From Mustelus asterias (lineage: Eukaryota), in contig NC_135823.1 of NCBI RefSeq assembly GCF_964213995.1, forward strand, positions 930,001 through 994,000: a stretch of 64,000 nucleotides of DNA. Direction: 5' to 3'. The notes under the pieces were generated by a model, which did not search any database, was not told where the DNA came from, and saw only the letters and a program-made list of their open reading frames with translations. The position numbers and the translations under genes are program-made. Shown here in pieces: positions 10,619 to 22,029 of the stretch. Position 1 is the stretch's first letter. Each line of letters opens with the position of its first letter.

Positions 10619-13600
10619 CTGAAAAAGAAAAAAAAGTAACTTCCACCTCCAAATAGAATTGTGGAAAAAGTAAATAAGTGAACAATTTGATCAAATTTGC
10701 CTATTTCCCCGGTAACAATGATTAGTTTTGGATATTTTGCCATCATGTAATAGTACATAGAACCTTCTGAGCAATTTTTCAACAGGACACGGGGGAAAGA
10801 ATGGCAGAAGGTGACAGAGCGAAAGAGTGCGAGAGAGCAGAAATCGAAAGATTATCATTCAAAGGAGAGTGAATGGTCGTGATAGGTAAATTTGAAAGGA
10901 GTGTCCATGGTCCACGATAGGTCAAATTGAAAGGAGTGTCCATCGATAAAACAGAGAGATAGAGCAGGTAGATTATATGGAATTGTTTTACTTGGATATA
11001 CATAAAGGAATAGGTAGAGGGAGCACGATATAGAAAAATAGAAAAAAGAGAGTCACAGACATGGATACCAGTGGAAAGAGATCGGTGGCTACTTTGGTGA
11101 AGTACCGTTCAACTGGGAGAAGTAGGCAAAGTAGAGAATATTAGAGGCAGAGATTGGGAGATCAATAGCTGGTGACAGAGAGATAAGAGAGAATGCGGTT
11201 GACACATAACTGTTCTCGGGCAACTCGGAATGGACAATAAATGCTGGCCAGCCAGCGACACCCATGTCTCAGGAATGAGTAAAGAAGGAGAGAGGGGCTC
11301 AGGGCGCTGGTGTGGGGTGACAGAGAGTTAATACTTGGAGACAAATACAGAATAGAGAAATAGAGAGAGAAGAGAAACAGAGTGAGAGAGAGAGAGAGAG
11401 AGTGAGAGAGAGATGCTGAGATTTGGTGAGCTGGCTGAAATAGCTGATACTTATAAAAAGACAAAATTAATCGATTAAGAGAGGGAGGGAAAGAGGATGA
11501 ATAATGCAAGACTAAACAGGTGGACAGGTACCTGTTAGAAGTAGAGAGACGAGGAATCGAATAAATCATTACATGCAGGCATAATAAGACAAAGTTGTAC
11601 GCTGGAAATGTGATCACACATTTCACTTCTACTGCGACATGGCTCCCACTGACTCCCAACCATATTACACATGGCACCAGAACGTGGCTGCTTGTTGCTA
11701 GCTGTCCCCAGCATAGCCACTAATTCGATATTTGACCCTCGTTCTATACTTTTAAAACTTTACTTTAAATTTCTTAAACTCTCTGATAATGTTCTATTTC
11801 TGATTGTAGCACTATATTCTGCACCTTTTCCTTTCCTGCTCCTCTATGCACCATGTGAACGGTATGTTTTGCCTGCATGGCGTTGGAGAAATAATGTTTT
11901 TCTCCATATCGCAATACATGTGACAATAATAAGTCAAATCTATGTACTCTATGAACGGTTTGCTTTGTTTCTTTGCACGCAACAAACAATACATTTCACT
12001 GTAACCCAATACATGTGAGAATAATAAATCAAATCTAAGTTCACTGTGAAAGATATGTTTTATCTGTGTCGCGCAAGAAAATATAACTTTTACTATATCC
12101 GAATACATGTGACAATGATCAAATAAGATCAAATCAAATCTATGTACCCTATTAATGGTGTGCTTTGTCTGTACCGCTCACAGGAAACACTACTCTTCAC
12201 TGTATCCGAAAACATCTGACAATAAAAGATCAAAATCTATGTATTCTATGACAGTTATGTTTTGGCTGTATAGCGCAAGAAAATATGTTCTGCACTGCAT
12301 CCCAATGCATGTGACAATAATAAATTAATTCAAATCAAATCCATGTACTCTATCAATGCTATGCTTTGTCTGTATAGTCTGCAAGAAACAGTACTTTTCA
12401 CTGTATCCCAATGCATGTGACATTAATAAATTAAATTATATCAACACGGCCGAGACAGTCACATGGAAACAGGAAATAGGAGCAGAGAGAGGCTCGTCGA
12501 CATTTCGAGGCTGCTCCGGCATTTTATAACATGATGGCTCATCTTCAACATAAACGATAGTTTCCCGCGATTTCCCTGTATCCCAAAATTTATCTGTGCC
12601 TGAAACAACTCTCTCTTTGGCTGAACATGGACAGCTCCCAGTGGCAGAGGGACGATCAACATTTCAGCAAAATGAACTCTGACCGACCGAGAGATCTGTG
12701 AGAGGTCAATAATGTACTGAATGTACCTGGAGACACATGGGAAAAGAGACACGTTACAGAATTAGACAGCTCTGCATAAAGTCTGACAATAGCATTACAT
12801 AGATGGATAAGAGGTAATTGTGAATAGCTACCTCTCTGAGATGAGACACTTTCACTGAAAATACTTTTGCTGGAGTTGATCTGAACGGCGCAAGTACACC
12901 GGACGCCACTGCTCCAAGTTTCCGCCGGGAGGCTGATGTAACGCCTGACGGTGTAGGTCCCGTCAGGTTCCACTGTCCCGGAATCAGTCAGTCCCCCGTT
13001 ATCCTGCCCCAATACATTCCAACGGACGGAAAAGGAATCGGGAGACCAGCCTCTGACCAAACACAACAACGGGACCCTTTCCATGACGGGAATCTCATCC
13101 AGCGGCGGGGTGAGGAGGAAGATGATGGGAGAACCCGCTAAATCAAAAAGAGAACCCATAAACAGGTGAAACAGTACGCGTTTTAATTGCTGCTAAAATG
13201 ACCACTTCAATGGAATAATTGTGAAATGTACCTGTTATCACTAACTTGGATCCATTTCCGAATGTCAGTGACCTCATTTTTTGATTGCGGATTGCACAGT
13301 AATACATCCCAGAATCATTTCTCCGGGTATCAACAATGATTAGCGAATAAATACCTGCTTTTTCAGAAATCTCACTGGAAAACCTCTGAGATTCTGGGGG
13401 GTATTTGCCCGCTCTGTAAACCAGATTTATGTATTTTCGCTCCGGTTGCATGTACCAATAGACGATAGTAGCTCCTGAGCCCGGGATATGGCAGCTCAGT
13501 TTAACAGAGCTCCCCTCCGGCAGTGTCCGAACCGGTGGAGACTGGAACAAGATAGACTGAGACAGAGCGACTGTGAAAGAGAGAGAGAATCAGAGTCACC

Positions 13601-13806
13601 ACGAATTGTACTGCACTACGAAGAAATGCCGATGTTGAGTCAAAACAAATCGACAAACAATACCCCGCATCAAAGAAAAACGAGGTGTCCAGCTCACAAA
13701 CACATAAAATCGCGCTGATTATTGTGTTGGTTCTGCTGTTTACCTCCTCCCTTTCTAAATGCACAACCCGAGTCCATTCACCAGGAAATCTGGTGTAAAC
13801 GCTCAT
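10488..13806 (-). CDS. Gene A: non-rearranging antigen-receptor-like type I membrane protein (leader-VJ-C1-TM; NARL/PRARP/VJC1-like), 4 exons, 266 aa from ATG 13806 if the TM exon is terminal
   Basis: Exons 13806-13782, 13570-13232, 13137-12832 and 10618-10488 join in frame through GT..AG phase-1 introns (25+339+306+131=801 nt). V domain with fused FGNG J motif, C1 domain, and hydrophobic TM followed by a basic stop-transfer. Confidence 0.8.
11845..12445 (+). repeat. Tandem array (~6-7 x ~90 bp) of Rex1-like LINE 3' tail in gene A C-TM intron
   Basis: Unit ~tatgtactctatgaacggtatgctttgtctgtatagcgcaagaaacaatacttttcactgtatcccaatacatgtgacaataataaatcaaatc; related units at 3300-3460, 15120-15280, 26850-27135, 57390-57490. 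Confidence 0.8.
12832..13137 (-). CDS. Gene A C1-set Ig exon
   Basis: Acceptor tttttgatttag|; GSPIIFLLTPP..LLCLVRGWSPDSFSVRW..DGTYTVRRYISLPAETWSSGVRCTCAVQ..SVSSQR; donor AGAG|GTAGCT; 306 nt, open. Confidence 0.93.
13232..13570 (-). CDS. Gene A V-set Ig exon with germline-joined J-like G strand
   Basis: Acceptor tctctctttcacag|; (V)ALSQSILFQSPP..KLSC..VYWYMQ..DSGMYYCAIRNQKMRSLTFGNGSKLVIT; donor ACAG|GTACAT; 339 nt, no stops, no RSS between V and J parts. Confidence 0.93.
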
Positions 13807-13869
13807 AGGAGCTGTGAAGATGACAACAACTGAGATAGTTCTTCAGAACTTACTGCTATTTTCACACAT
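13782..13869 (-). CDS. Gene A leader exon: MCENSSKF*RTISVVVIFTAPMSVYTRFP, with in-frame TGA at 13845-13843 and second ATG at 13806
   Basis: Hydrophobic stretch ISVVVIFTA in frame with both ATGs; phase-1 donor CCTG|GTGAAT at 13782/13781 matches the phase-1 V-exon acceptor. Confidence 0.55.
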
Positions 13870-16199
13870 CAACCATTTGTTTCTAGTTATTCTCCGCTGA
13901 CTTTGGGCGGTTGATTTTTTTTCAAGTCTCTATAATTTCAGTTAAAAGACTACAGCTTCCCCCAGTCGCCAACGGTGGCAATGGAGCCAACTCACATCTT
14001 TTATGGCAATGATGTGACAATTGGCTTTAATTTCAATTCAGTCCATTGATAGATACATTACATTTTCCACTGCGTTCAATGTCTGTGTTCAGTTGTTAAG
14101 TTAAGCTTGCAAACTGAGTTTCATCTCAGAGCTCCGCTCAACAGAGAGGGAGGCCATTCGGCCCTTCGTTTGGGGGTTGCAACTTTAAAAGATTTACCAA
14201 GTTAGACACCGCCCTCTTCTCTCCCCCATATCACAGCAAATGCTGTCCCCTTCACACATTTCTCCAATTCCCCCCTTTTGAAAGTTCCTCTTGAATCTGC
14301 TTCCACCGCCCCTTCACTCAGCGCCTTCCAGATCTCAACAACTCGCTGCGGTGGCAAAAAAAATCTTTCCATCTCTCCCTCCATACCATAACGGACTTCG
14401 ATCTGTCTTTCTCTTGTTCGTGACCCACCTGGCATTGGAGACAATTTACTCTTAATTCATCAATCTAAATTCTTCTCCACTCTATCTCAATCTAATCAGG
14501 ATATCTCACCCTGGAAGAGATGGAAGAATGCGCAGATACTGAGGAAGCCCATTGTCCTTGACCCAACCGTGAGACTCTGAGCTCCTGATCAGAATCTCAC
14601 TGAGAACTTGCTCTGTTTGAGGGAAGTGTGAAACTTGCGCACTCTGTATATTAATAAATACACGACTGGGGTTAGAAAATAGAACCGAGCTCGGCAGCTC
14701 CCTGCGGTTTTCCTGTTTACTGCAGGTCAAAGTGCTGGTACACACTCAACATATTTAGCAAAATACCACAGGAATCTACTCAGCAGTTGGACCAAACCTG
14801 GAAAACAAAGAACGTTTCTTCAGATCTGGTAAGAATAAATAGGTAATGAGAAAGTTAGTCTAAATACCTCACAAGTGTGATAGCAGAACTGATAGCTTCT
14901 AATTTTCAATGAACATTCAATAGGCTGAGGCTGTTTTCTCTCAAACAAATGAAGATAGAGGCTTGAGAGAAAACCGATATGACTGATATGAAATTGTTGA
15001 AAGGGCAAAGCCAGGAATTCAAATGAATTGCTCACCAGTTTAAGGTAGTCACCAATGTGTGCAATGGGGACATTCGGTTAGGTGGGGGGAATATGATTTA
15101 ATATAATTTGACTCAAATTGATTTGATATATTATTGTCACATGTATTCGGATACAGTGGAAAGTATTGTTTCTTGCCCGCTAGAGTACATGGATTTGATT
15201 TCATTTATTATTATCATGTGTATTGGATATAGTTAAAAGTATTGTTTCTTGCACACGAGACAGGCAAAACATACCGTTCATTGGTGGGCCCGGGGGGGGG
15301 GGCGCGGCGGAAGGGGGGGGGGGGGGCTACATAGGGGAGAAGGAAATGGGAGGGTGCAGAGTTAGTTGGTCCGTGTTTTCAGAGTTTACCATATTTTCCA
15401 ACCGCCGGAAGAAGGTGGAAAGAAGATGGAAGAATATGGAATGCACTATCACGGGGAATCTCTGAGATGAGTGGCAGAAATTAATTAATTGGGAAATTTG
15501 GAGACAGGCAGCAGAGAGAAATGAACAGACGGATATGTTGGGGTGATATGAAGAGGGAATAGGAGGAGGCACGCATGGAGCAATAACAACATTGTCGTGC
15601 ATGTGGGTCGAATGATGCTATTCTGTGTTGTGCATTTTGTACAATCCTGGTTTAAAAACATGTACTGACAGTTGTGCAGAGCCCAGGTATTGAGGGGCTG
15701 ATATGTATGGATTTAGTGCTGTCTCAGCTTTGTGTGGCCTGCACCAGGACATGTTTGTCATTGTTTCAGTGAGATGATATACGTCCTGCTTAATATAGAG
15801 ACAACCCGACCACAGGATGTTTCATGGTTCTTTGCACTCAGTGAAGCACATTTGAAACTTCAGTTATTTTTGTATTTTTGTACGCAGTAATAGACTTGCC
15901 CAAAATATGATCCCGAAAACAGACATCTGATAATGGCACAATAGGCTAACTGTCCGCTATGTTTTGTTTGTTATTGATTCGTGGCCCAAGGGCATCGCTG
16001 GCTGGCCAGCATTTATTGCACATCGCAAGTTGCCCTTGAAGGGCAGTGGAGAGTCAACCAGCTCTTGGGTCGCATGTACGCCAGACGAGTGAAGGAGCAG
16101 ATTTCCTTTCTTAAAGGGTATTAGAAGGTTTTTACAATAATCGACAATCGTGTCATTGTCATCATTAGATTCTGAATACCAGATTGTTGTTTGAATACA

Positions 16200-16760
16200 T
16201 CATAGAACCTAGAAAAATGCAACACACGTATAGGCCCTTCGGCCCACGATGTTGTGTCGAACATGACCCCAAATTAAAGTAATCCCTTCTGACTGCCCTT
16301 AGTCCATATCCCTCCATTCCTTGCATATTGGTGCACTTATCTGAAATCTCCTTAAACGCCCAGATCGTATCTTCCTGCACCATCACCCCTGGCAGCCCGT
16401 TCCAGACACCTACCACGCTCTGTGTTCAGAACTTGCACCTCACATCTCCTTTGAACATTCCTACTCTTACCTTAAGTCCATGCCACCTAGTATTAGACAT
16501 TTCAACTCTGGGAAAAAAAAACCCAGATCGATGCCTTTCATTGTTTTATCGATTTCTATCAGGTCTCCCCGCAGCCTCCGCCACTCCAAAGAAAGCATGC
16601 CTTGTTTGTCCAGCCTTCCCTTGTAGCCAATACCCTCTAATCCAGGCAGCATCTTGGCAAACCTCTTCTGACCCTGTTAAGAACATCCACATCCTTCTTG
16701 TAATGTGGCGACCAGAATTAGTGCAAATTAGTGTGGCCGAAGCAAAGTTTTATGCAGCTG
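16200..16760 (-). mobile_element. CR1 LINE 3' fragment
   Basis: MLPGLEGIGYKGRLDK..WRRLRGDLIEI; VVGVWNGLPG. Confidence 0.8.
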
Positions 16761-16919
16761 CGAATTCCAACATCTGCCGAGGCAGGAATCGAAACCGGGT
16801 CCATAGAAGAGTAGTTCAATTTCTCGATTAAAAGTCTAGACATAATGCAACTAGGCCATTGCCTCCTCCTTGACAAAAGGTAAATGGTAGTTCAGAATCC
16901 TTCCCTTTACAGTGAAGCG

Positions 16920-18065
16920 TCTGGTAATGTGGACCTACGCATGGCAGATGGAGTGAAATATGGATAAATGTGAGGTTATCCACTTTGGTGGCAAAAATAG
17001 GAAGACAGATTATTATTTGAATGGTATAATTTGAGAGAGGTGGACACTCAATGAGACCTGGTGTCGTTGGGTACCAGTCATCAAAAGGAAGTGTGTAGTT
17101 ACAGCCGGCAATAAAGAAGGCAAATGGTATACTGCCCTTCAAAGAAAGAAGATTTGAGTATCGGAATAGGGATGTTTTGTTGCAGTTGTACAGGCGTTGG
17201 TGAAGCCACTTCTGGAATATTGTGTTCAGTTCTGGTGTCCTTATCTGAGGATGGATATCCTTGCCATATTGCAGCGAACGTTTACCAGGCTGATTCCTGG
17301 GATGGAAGACTTGTCTTATCAGGAGAGAATAAGTCGGTTATGATGGTATTCATTGGAGTTGAGAAAAATGAGAGGAGATCTCATTAAACTTATAACATTC
17401 TAACAGGGTTAGACAGGGCAGAATCAGAAAGAATGTTCCCAATGGTGGGGAAGACCAGAACTAGGGGTAATAGTTTTAGAATAGTTTTTTTTCGAACTGA
17501 GGTGAGGAGAAATTTATTCACCCAGAGGGTATTGAATGTGGGGAATCAGTGCCACGGAAAGTAGTTGAGGCCAAAACATTGTGTGACTTCAATAATAAAT
17601 TACATATAGTTTTTGGGGTTTAAAGGGATCAAGGTTCGGCGGGGTCAGAATATTGAATTTCAGAATGCTACAGAATCCTACAGTGCAGATGGAGGCCATC
17701 TGGCCCATCATGTCTGCACTGACAACAATCTCACCCAGGCTCGATCCCCATAACACCATGCATTCACCCGAGCTTGTCCCCCAGACATTAGCATGGCCAA
17801 TCCATCTAACGCACACATGTTTCGACTGTGGGAGGAAACCGGAGCACCCAGAGGAAACCCACGCAGACATGGGAGAAAGTGCAACCTCCACACAGACTTT
17901 AACCCTAACCGGGAATCGAACCAGGGTCCCTGGCGCTCTGAGGCAACAATGCTAACCACTGAGCCAGCGTCCTGCCCGTGACGATTGGCCATGATCAAAA
18001 TGAATGATGGAGCAGGCTCGAAGGGTCGAATGGCTTCCTCCTGCTTCTATTTTCTGTTTCTATAC
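16920..18065 (+). mobile_element. CR1 LINE 3' fragment interrupted by a SINE at ~17665-17980
   Basis: Degenerate ORF2 C-terminus and 3' UTR split by a minus-strand HE1-type SINE. Confidence 0.75.
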
Positions 18066-18194
18066 AACCATATTAAGGATCCTCTTTGGAGTCATATCAT
18101 GCGTACAGAGAAGCAAAATGTCCAGTCAGTCATTGTTCTGACTTGAACCTTCCGCTTTGACAAACAATAACAGAAAGGCAGATTGTTTCTTAAA

Positions 18195-18910
18195 CGAGAA
18201 ATTGGGCAATTGCGACTGTAGAACGGGAAGTTGGTGTACTTGTTCATGAGATACAGCATCTAACTGCAGCAAGCAAGTCGGAAAACCTCGAAGGTTTGGA
18301 CGACTTCATTACGAGGGGATTTGTGGACACTTGTAAGGATGTCTTGGTGCATTTGTCTCGGGCCTTGCTGAGACCTCGCCTGGAGTTTTGCATCCAGTTC
18401 TGGTCCTGTTCCCGAAGCTCTGACATACGTCCCATAGAGGTCGTGCAATGTATGTTTCATAAATCAAAGCTTGGGAGAAGGATTTGTCAGAGGAGCGATT
18501 GATGACACAGTATCCATAGTTCCGACAATTTTGAAGAATGAGGCGATCCATCATTGTTGCATATTAAACCCTTACAGAGTGCATTCGGTTGGATGTGGAT
18601 AAGCATTCTGCGGTTGATGAGTGAAATACCTGGAGGGGATGATCTCAGGACGTGCAATGGGGAGTTTGAACATGGAAGATGGGGAAGTTATCCACTTATA
18701 GTGATGCATCTTTGGAATCTTCCACAATGGAGAGCTTGCAAAACTCAGTCATTGGAAATTTTGAAGTCAGAAGGCGCTAGGTTTCGAGGGACGAATGACA
18801 TCAAGGGAAATTGCGATCCTATTGGAAAGTGTGGATGAGGTCGATAATCACTCTTGATCGAACGGAATATCAGTGCCATATCGGCGGGTTGAAATTTCCT
18901 TTCCTGTTTT
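18195..18910 (+). mobile_element. Old CR1 LINE fragment (shared with ~47750-48465)
   Basis: DVLVHLSRALLRPRLEFCIQFW motif. Confidence 0.7.
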
Positions 18911-19444
18911 TCTGCTGCGATGTCCTAGTTTCCTACGCCTTTTCTGGAACGGCGGCGCCACACGCCCCACTCCAATGGCTTTTCCCTACATTTAGTCCGC
19001 GCCAGAAAATGGTTCAATTCTAATTTGAAACCCTTTATTCAATGGTCCACATCGCAATGTGACAGCGCAATCCAGATCTTAACTTTTGCCAATGTGGAAT
19101 GAAATGATTTTTACAGAATGGCGCTGTTGCTCCTTCAGTTAAATCACCTTTAAAATGTAACCGGCAGTTGATACGTTATTTACAAACACATGTTGGTCTT
19201 CTTGTATTGCACCAAAGTGAAACATGCTGAACGAACTCAGGTTCAGAAAGTTTCTCAATTCAAAACTGAAAACGTAACTGTGTTCAGAATAATCCACACC
19301 CTTCCCTTTAATATGGATTAGTTGTCAAAATAACAAGAGTAACAATCGATATTTGTCAGTGTCGCTCTGGAAAGCGAGCACATCAATTTATTTCACATAA
19401 TTATCATGCATAACTAATCTCTAGATATGCACCTACTTTCATTC

Positions 19445-19792
19445 CATTCATTCGTGGGACACAGGCATTACTGGCTGGCCAGCATTTATTGTTCATCATT
19501 CGTTGCCCGAGGGCATTTGAGAGTCAACCATATTGCGTTGGCTCTGGAGTTACATGCAGGTCAGACCGGGTAAGGACAGCAGATTTCCTTCCCTAAAGGG
19601 CATTTGTGAACGTGTGGTTTTTTTTCAATATTCGACAGTGGTTTCATGGTCATCAGTAGATTCTTAATTCCAGATTTTATTTATTGAATTCCATGATCTG
19701 CCTTGGGGAATTCGAATGCATGTCCGCTGAACATTTACAGAGTTTCTGGACTACTTGCCGAGCGATAATACTACTGGGTCATCGCCTTTCCT
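19445..19792 (-). mobile_element. tRNA-derived SINE, second family (copies at ~31330-31630, 38820-39185, 46565-46925, 51240-51875, 62590-62930)
   Basis: Recurrent ~350-bp element with B-box-like gttcgaatcc head and gggcaataaatgctggcc tail. Confidence 0.7.
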
Positions 19793-20104
19793 ATTAATCG
19801 CTACCATCTAACGACCCCACTCCAGCACAGCCTCAGTAACGATACTATTTATCTATCGCAAAGTGACCTTGCTATAGAGGGAGTAGAGCGAAGGTTGACC
19901 AGTCTGGTCTTTCATATGAGGAGGAATTGAATCGGGTAGGATTATATTCACTGGAGTTTTGAAGAGTGAGAGGGGTCTCATAGAAACCTGCCCAAGCGAT
20001 TTGTAAGACAGTCTAATTGACATCATATTGACGTTCTCAGATATTCACCCACTGCAACAAAGATATACAGTGGCTGAAGTGTATATCATCTGTCAGAGAC
20101 GATG

Positions 20105-20980
20105 CGGCATGGTGGCACAGAAGTTAACACTGTTATCTCGAAGTATCAGGGATGTGGGTTCGATTTTTGCCTTATGTGACTGTCTGTGTGGGTTTCCTCC
20201 AGGTTCTCTTGTTTCCCTGCACAACCAAAAGTGAATAGTTTAGATGGATTGTCCATGCTAAATTGTCGCTTACTTTCCAAAAATGTCGAGATTAGGTGGA
20301 TTGGGCATGCTAACTTCTATCGAGTGTTCAAAGATGAGTAGGTTAGTTGCATTGGCCAAGCTGAATGCCCCTTATTGTTCAAAGGTGTGTAGGTTAGGTG
20401 GACGCGCCATGGCAACCTGTCCCTTAGTGTACCAAAATGGTAGGTTAGGTGGAGTGGCCATTCTAAGTTACCCCGTTAGTATCCAAAGGTGTGTAGTTTT
20501 GGTGGATTGGCCTTGCTAACATGTCCCTTATTGTCCAAAGGTGTGCAGAATTCGTGGATTGGCCATGCCATATTGTCCCTTATTGTCCAAAGATGCGTAG
20601 GTTAGGTGGATTGACCATGCTAAATTGCCCCTTAGTGGCCAAAGTTGTGTAGGCTAGGTGGGTTAGCCATGCAAGATTGTTCCTCAGTGCCCAAAAATGT
20701 GCAGGTTTCGTGGATTGACCATGCCAAATTGCCCTTTAGTGTCCGAAGATATGCAGGTTTGATGTATTTGCCATGCTAAATTGTCCCTTCGTGTCCAGAA
20801 ATATGAAGGCTTGGTGGATTAGCCATGCTAAGGTATCCCTTAGTGTCAAAAAGTGTGCAGGTTAGGTGGATTGGCCATGTTATATACGAAGGCATGGCGT
20901 GTAAGTTTTTCTTTCAGAAAATAGTTTGAGACAATATGGACCAAATGTCCTCCTTCTGCACTATGGGAATCCTACGATTC
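20105..20980 (+). mobile_element. HE1-type SINE with internal tandem expansion
   Basis: SINE head ggcatggtggcacag at ~20105 and CR1-like tail at ~20940-20980 flank the array. Confidence 0.7.
20232..20882 (+). repeat. Minisatellite, ~12.5 x 52 bp
   Basis: Consensus tgtaggttaggtggattggccatgctaaattgccccttagtgtccaaaggtg; diverged head-to-tail copies with no unique spacers. Confidence 0.9.
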
Positions 20981-21191
20981 CAACTGAGCCAACCTCGTCC
21001 ACAGCGGCTCCAAACATATTGACCCCTACTCCCTAGAAGGACAAGGGCAAAATGAATCACCGTGATGTGAAAGATGTACACAATCCAGATAAATGCACAT
21101 TTCCACCAAATTCACTGGGTCAAAATGCTGGCAGAACTGTGAGAGAATATACTCTCATCAGAAGATGAGTTAAAACTTGATTGTTGAACTG

Positions 21192-21784
21192 TGATGAGAT
21201 CAGTATGTTAATCAATTGTAGTCAATGTAATCAATGAATGTTGACCAATGTGATGGAATCAGTATGTTAATCACTTATAATCAATGAATGTAAGTAGTAA
21301 CAATCGTGGGAAACAATGGTTGTTGTTCAGTTACTCAACTTAATGTGACTATGACTAAAAAGGAAAGAATGAAGTAAATATGTTCGCTTTGTTAGTATTC
21401 GGCTTAGGCTAGCGAAGCCACGATTGTTGTATAAACAGAACTATTTGGGCAAGGACAAAGGTTGTAACTACAATGGTTTCATGAAGCAAGTAATGCATCA
21501 ATTAGTGACCAATCCAAAACAAGGCAGATAACCAGGAGGCTCAGCAATAATAGTGGTTAAAGAAAGCCAACCTTGGGGATGAGATAAGGGATCTCGGGGC
21601 ATTTAACTGCAGCGAGTATAAAAAGACTGTAAGCGAGCGGTTCGTTGGATTGTTCCGGACATCCCAGCGTTGTTGTCTTGTACTGGAGAACAAAGTTTTA
21701 CTACCTGGAAGATCAAGACTCAGACTCTCTTTTTCAATTGGCTAAAATCCTTTGTCGTCCTGGGGAACCAGACAGAACCTATCG
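21192..21784 (+). mobile_element. Solo LTR (~593 bp) with target-site duplication
   Basis: AACTG on both sides (21187-21191, 21785-21789); ends TGATGAG..CCTATCG (CA>CG); CCAAT ~21509, TATAAAA ~21617. Confidence 0.65.
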
Positions 21785-22029
21785 AACTGACTTATGGAGC
21801 ATCTTCTCCACGTGCGCTTCTGGACTTCCAGAATGTGGATCACCACCACCTTCTCAATTGATGATGGGCAACAAGTGTTGGTCTCACCAGACTAACCCAC
21901 ATCCCATGCATATATATTTTAAGCAATGAGACATTATAACTTTGGAAAACAGACTGCACGAGTCAGTTCATGACGTCTCAAATTTGAATTCTGCCTTTCC
22001 TTGAATATACAACAGGAAACTGTTCAGAT

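Noticed and set aside
11162-11677. 171-aa hydrophobic ORF in gene A intron
   Set aside because: Derived from GA/CT-rich low-complexity sequence and a SINE tail; no domain or splice support.
13232-13570. Conventional rearranging Ig/TCR V or J gene segments
   Set aside because: V and J are contiguous; no heptamer-spacer-nonamer seen near either V exon. CACAGTG hits elsewhere are mostly SINE heads, and I saw none with a nonamer.
20232-20882. CRISPR-like regular array
   Set aside because: Head-to-tail diverged 52-bp units with no unique spacers, inside a eukaryotic SINE; no cas genes.
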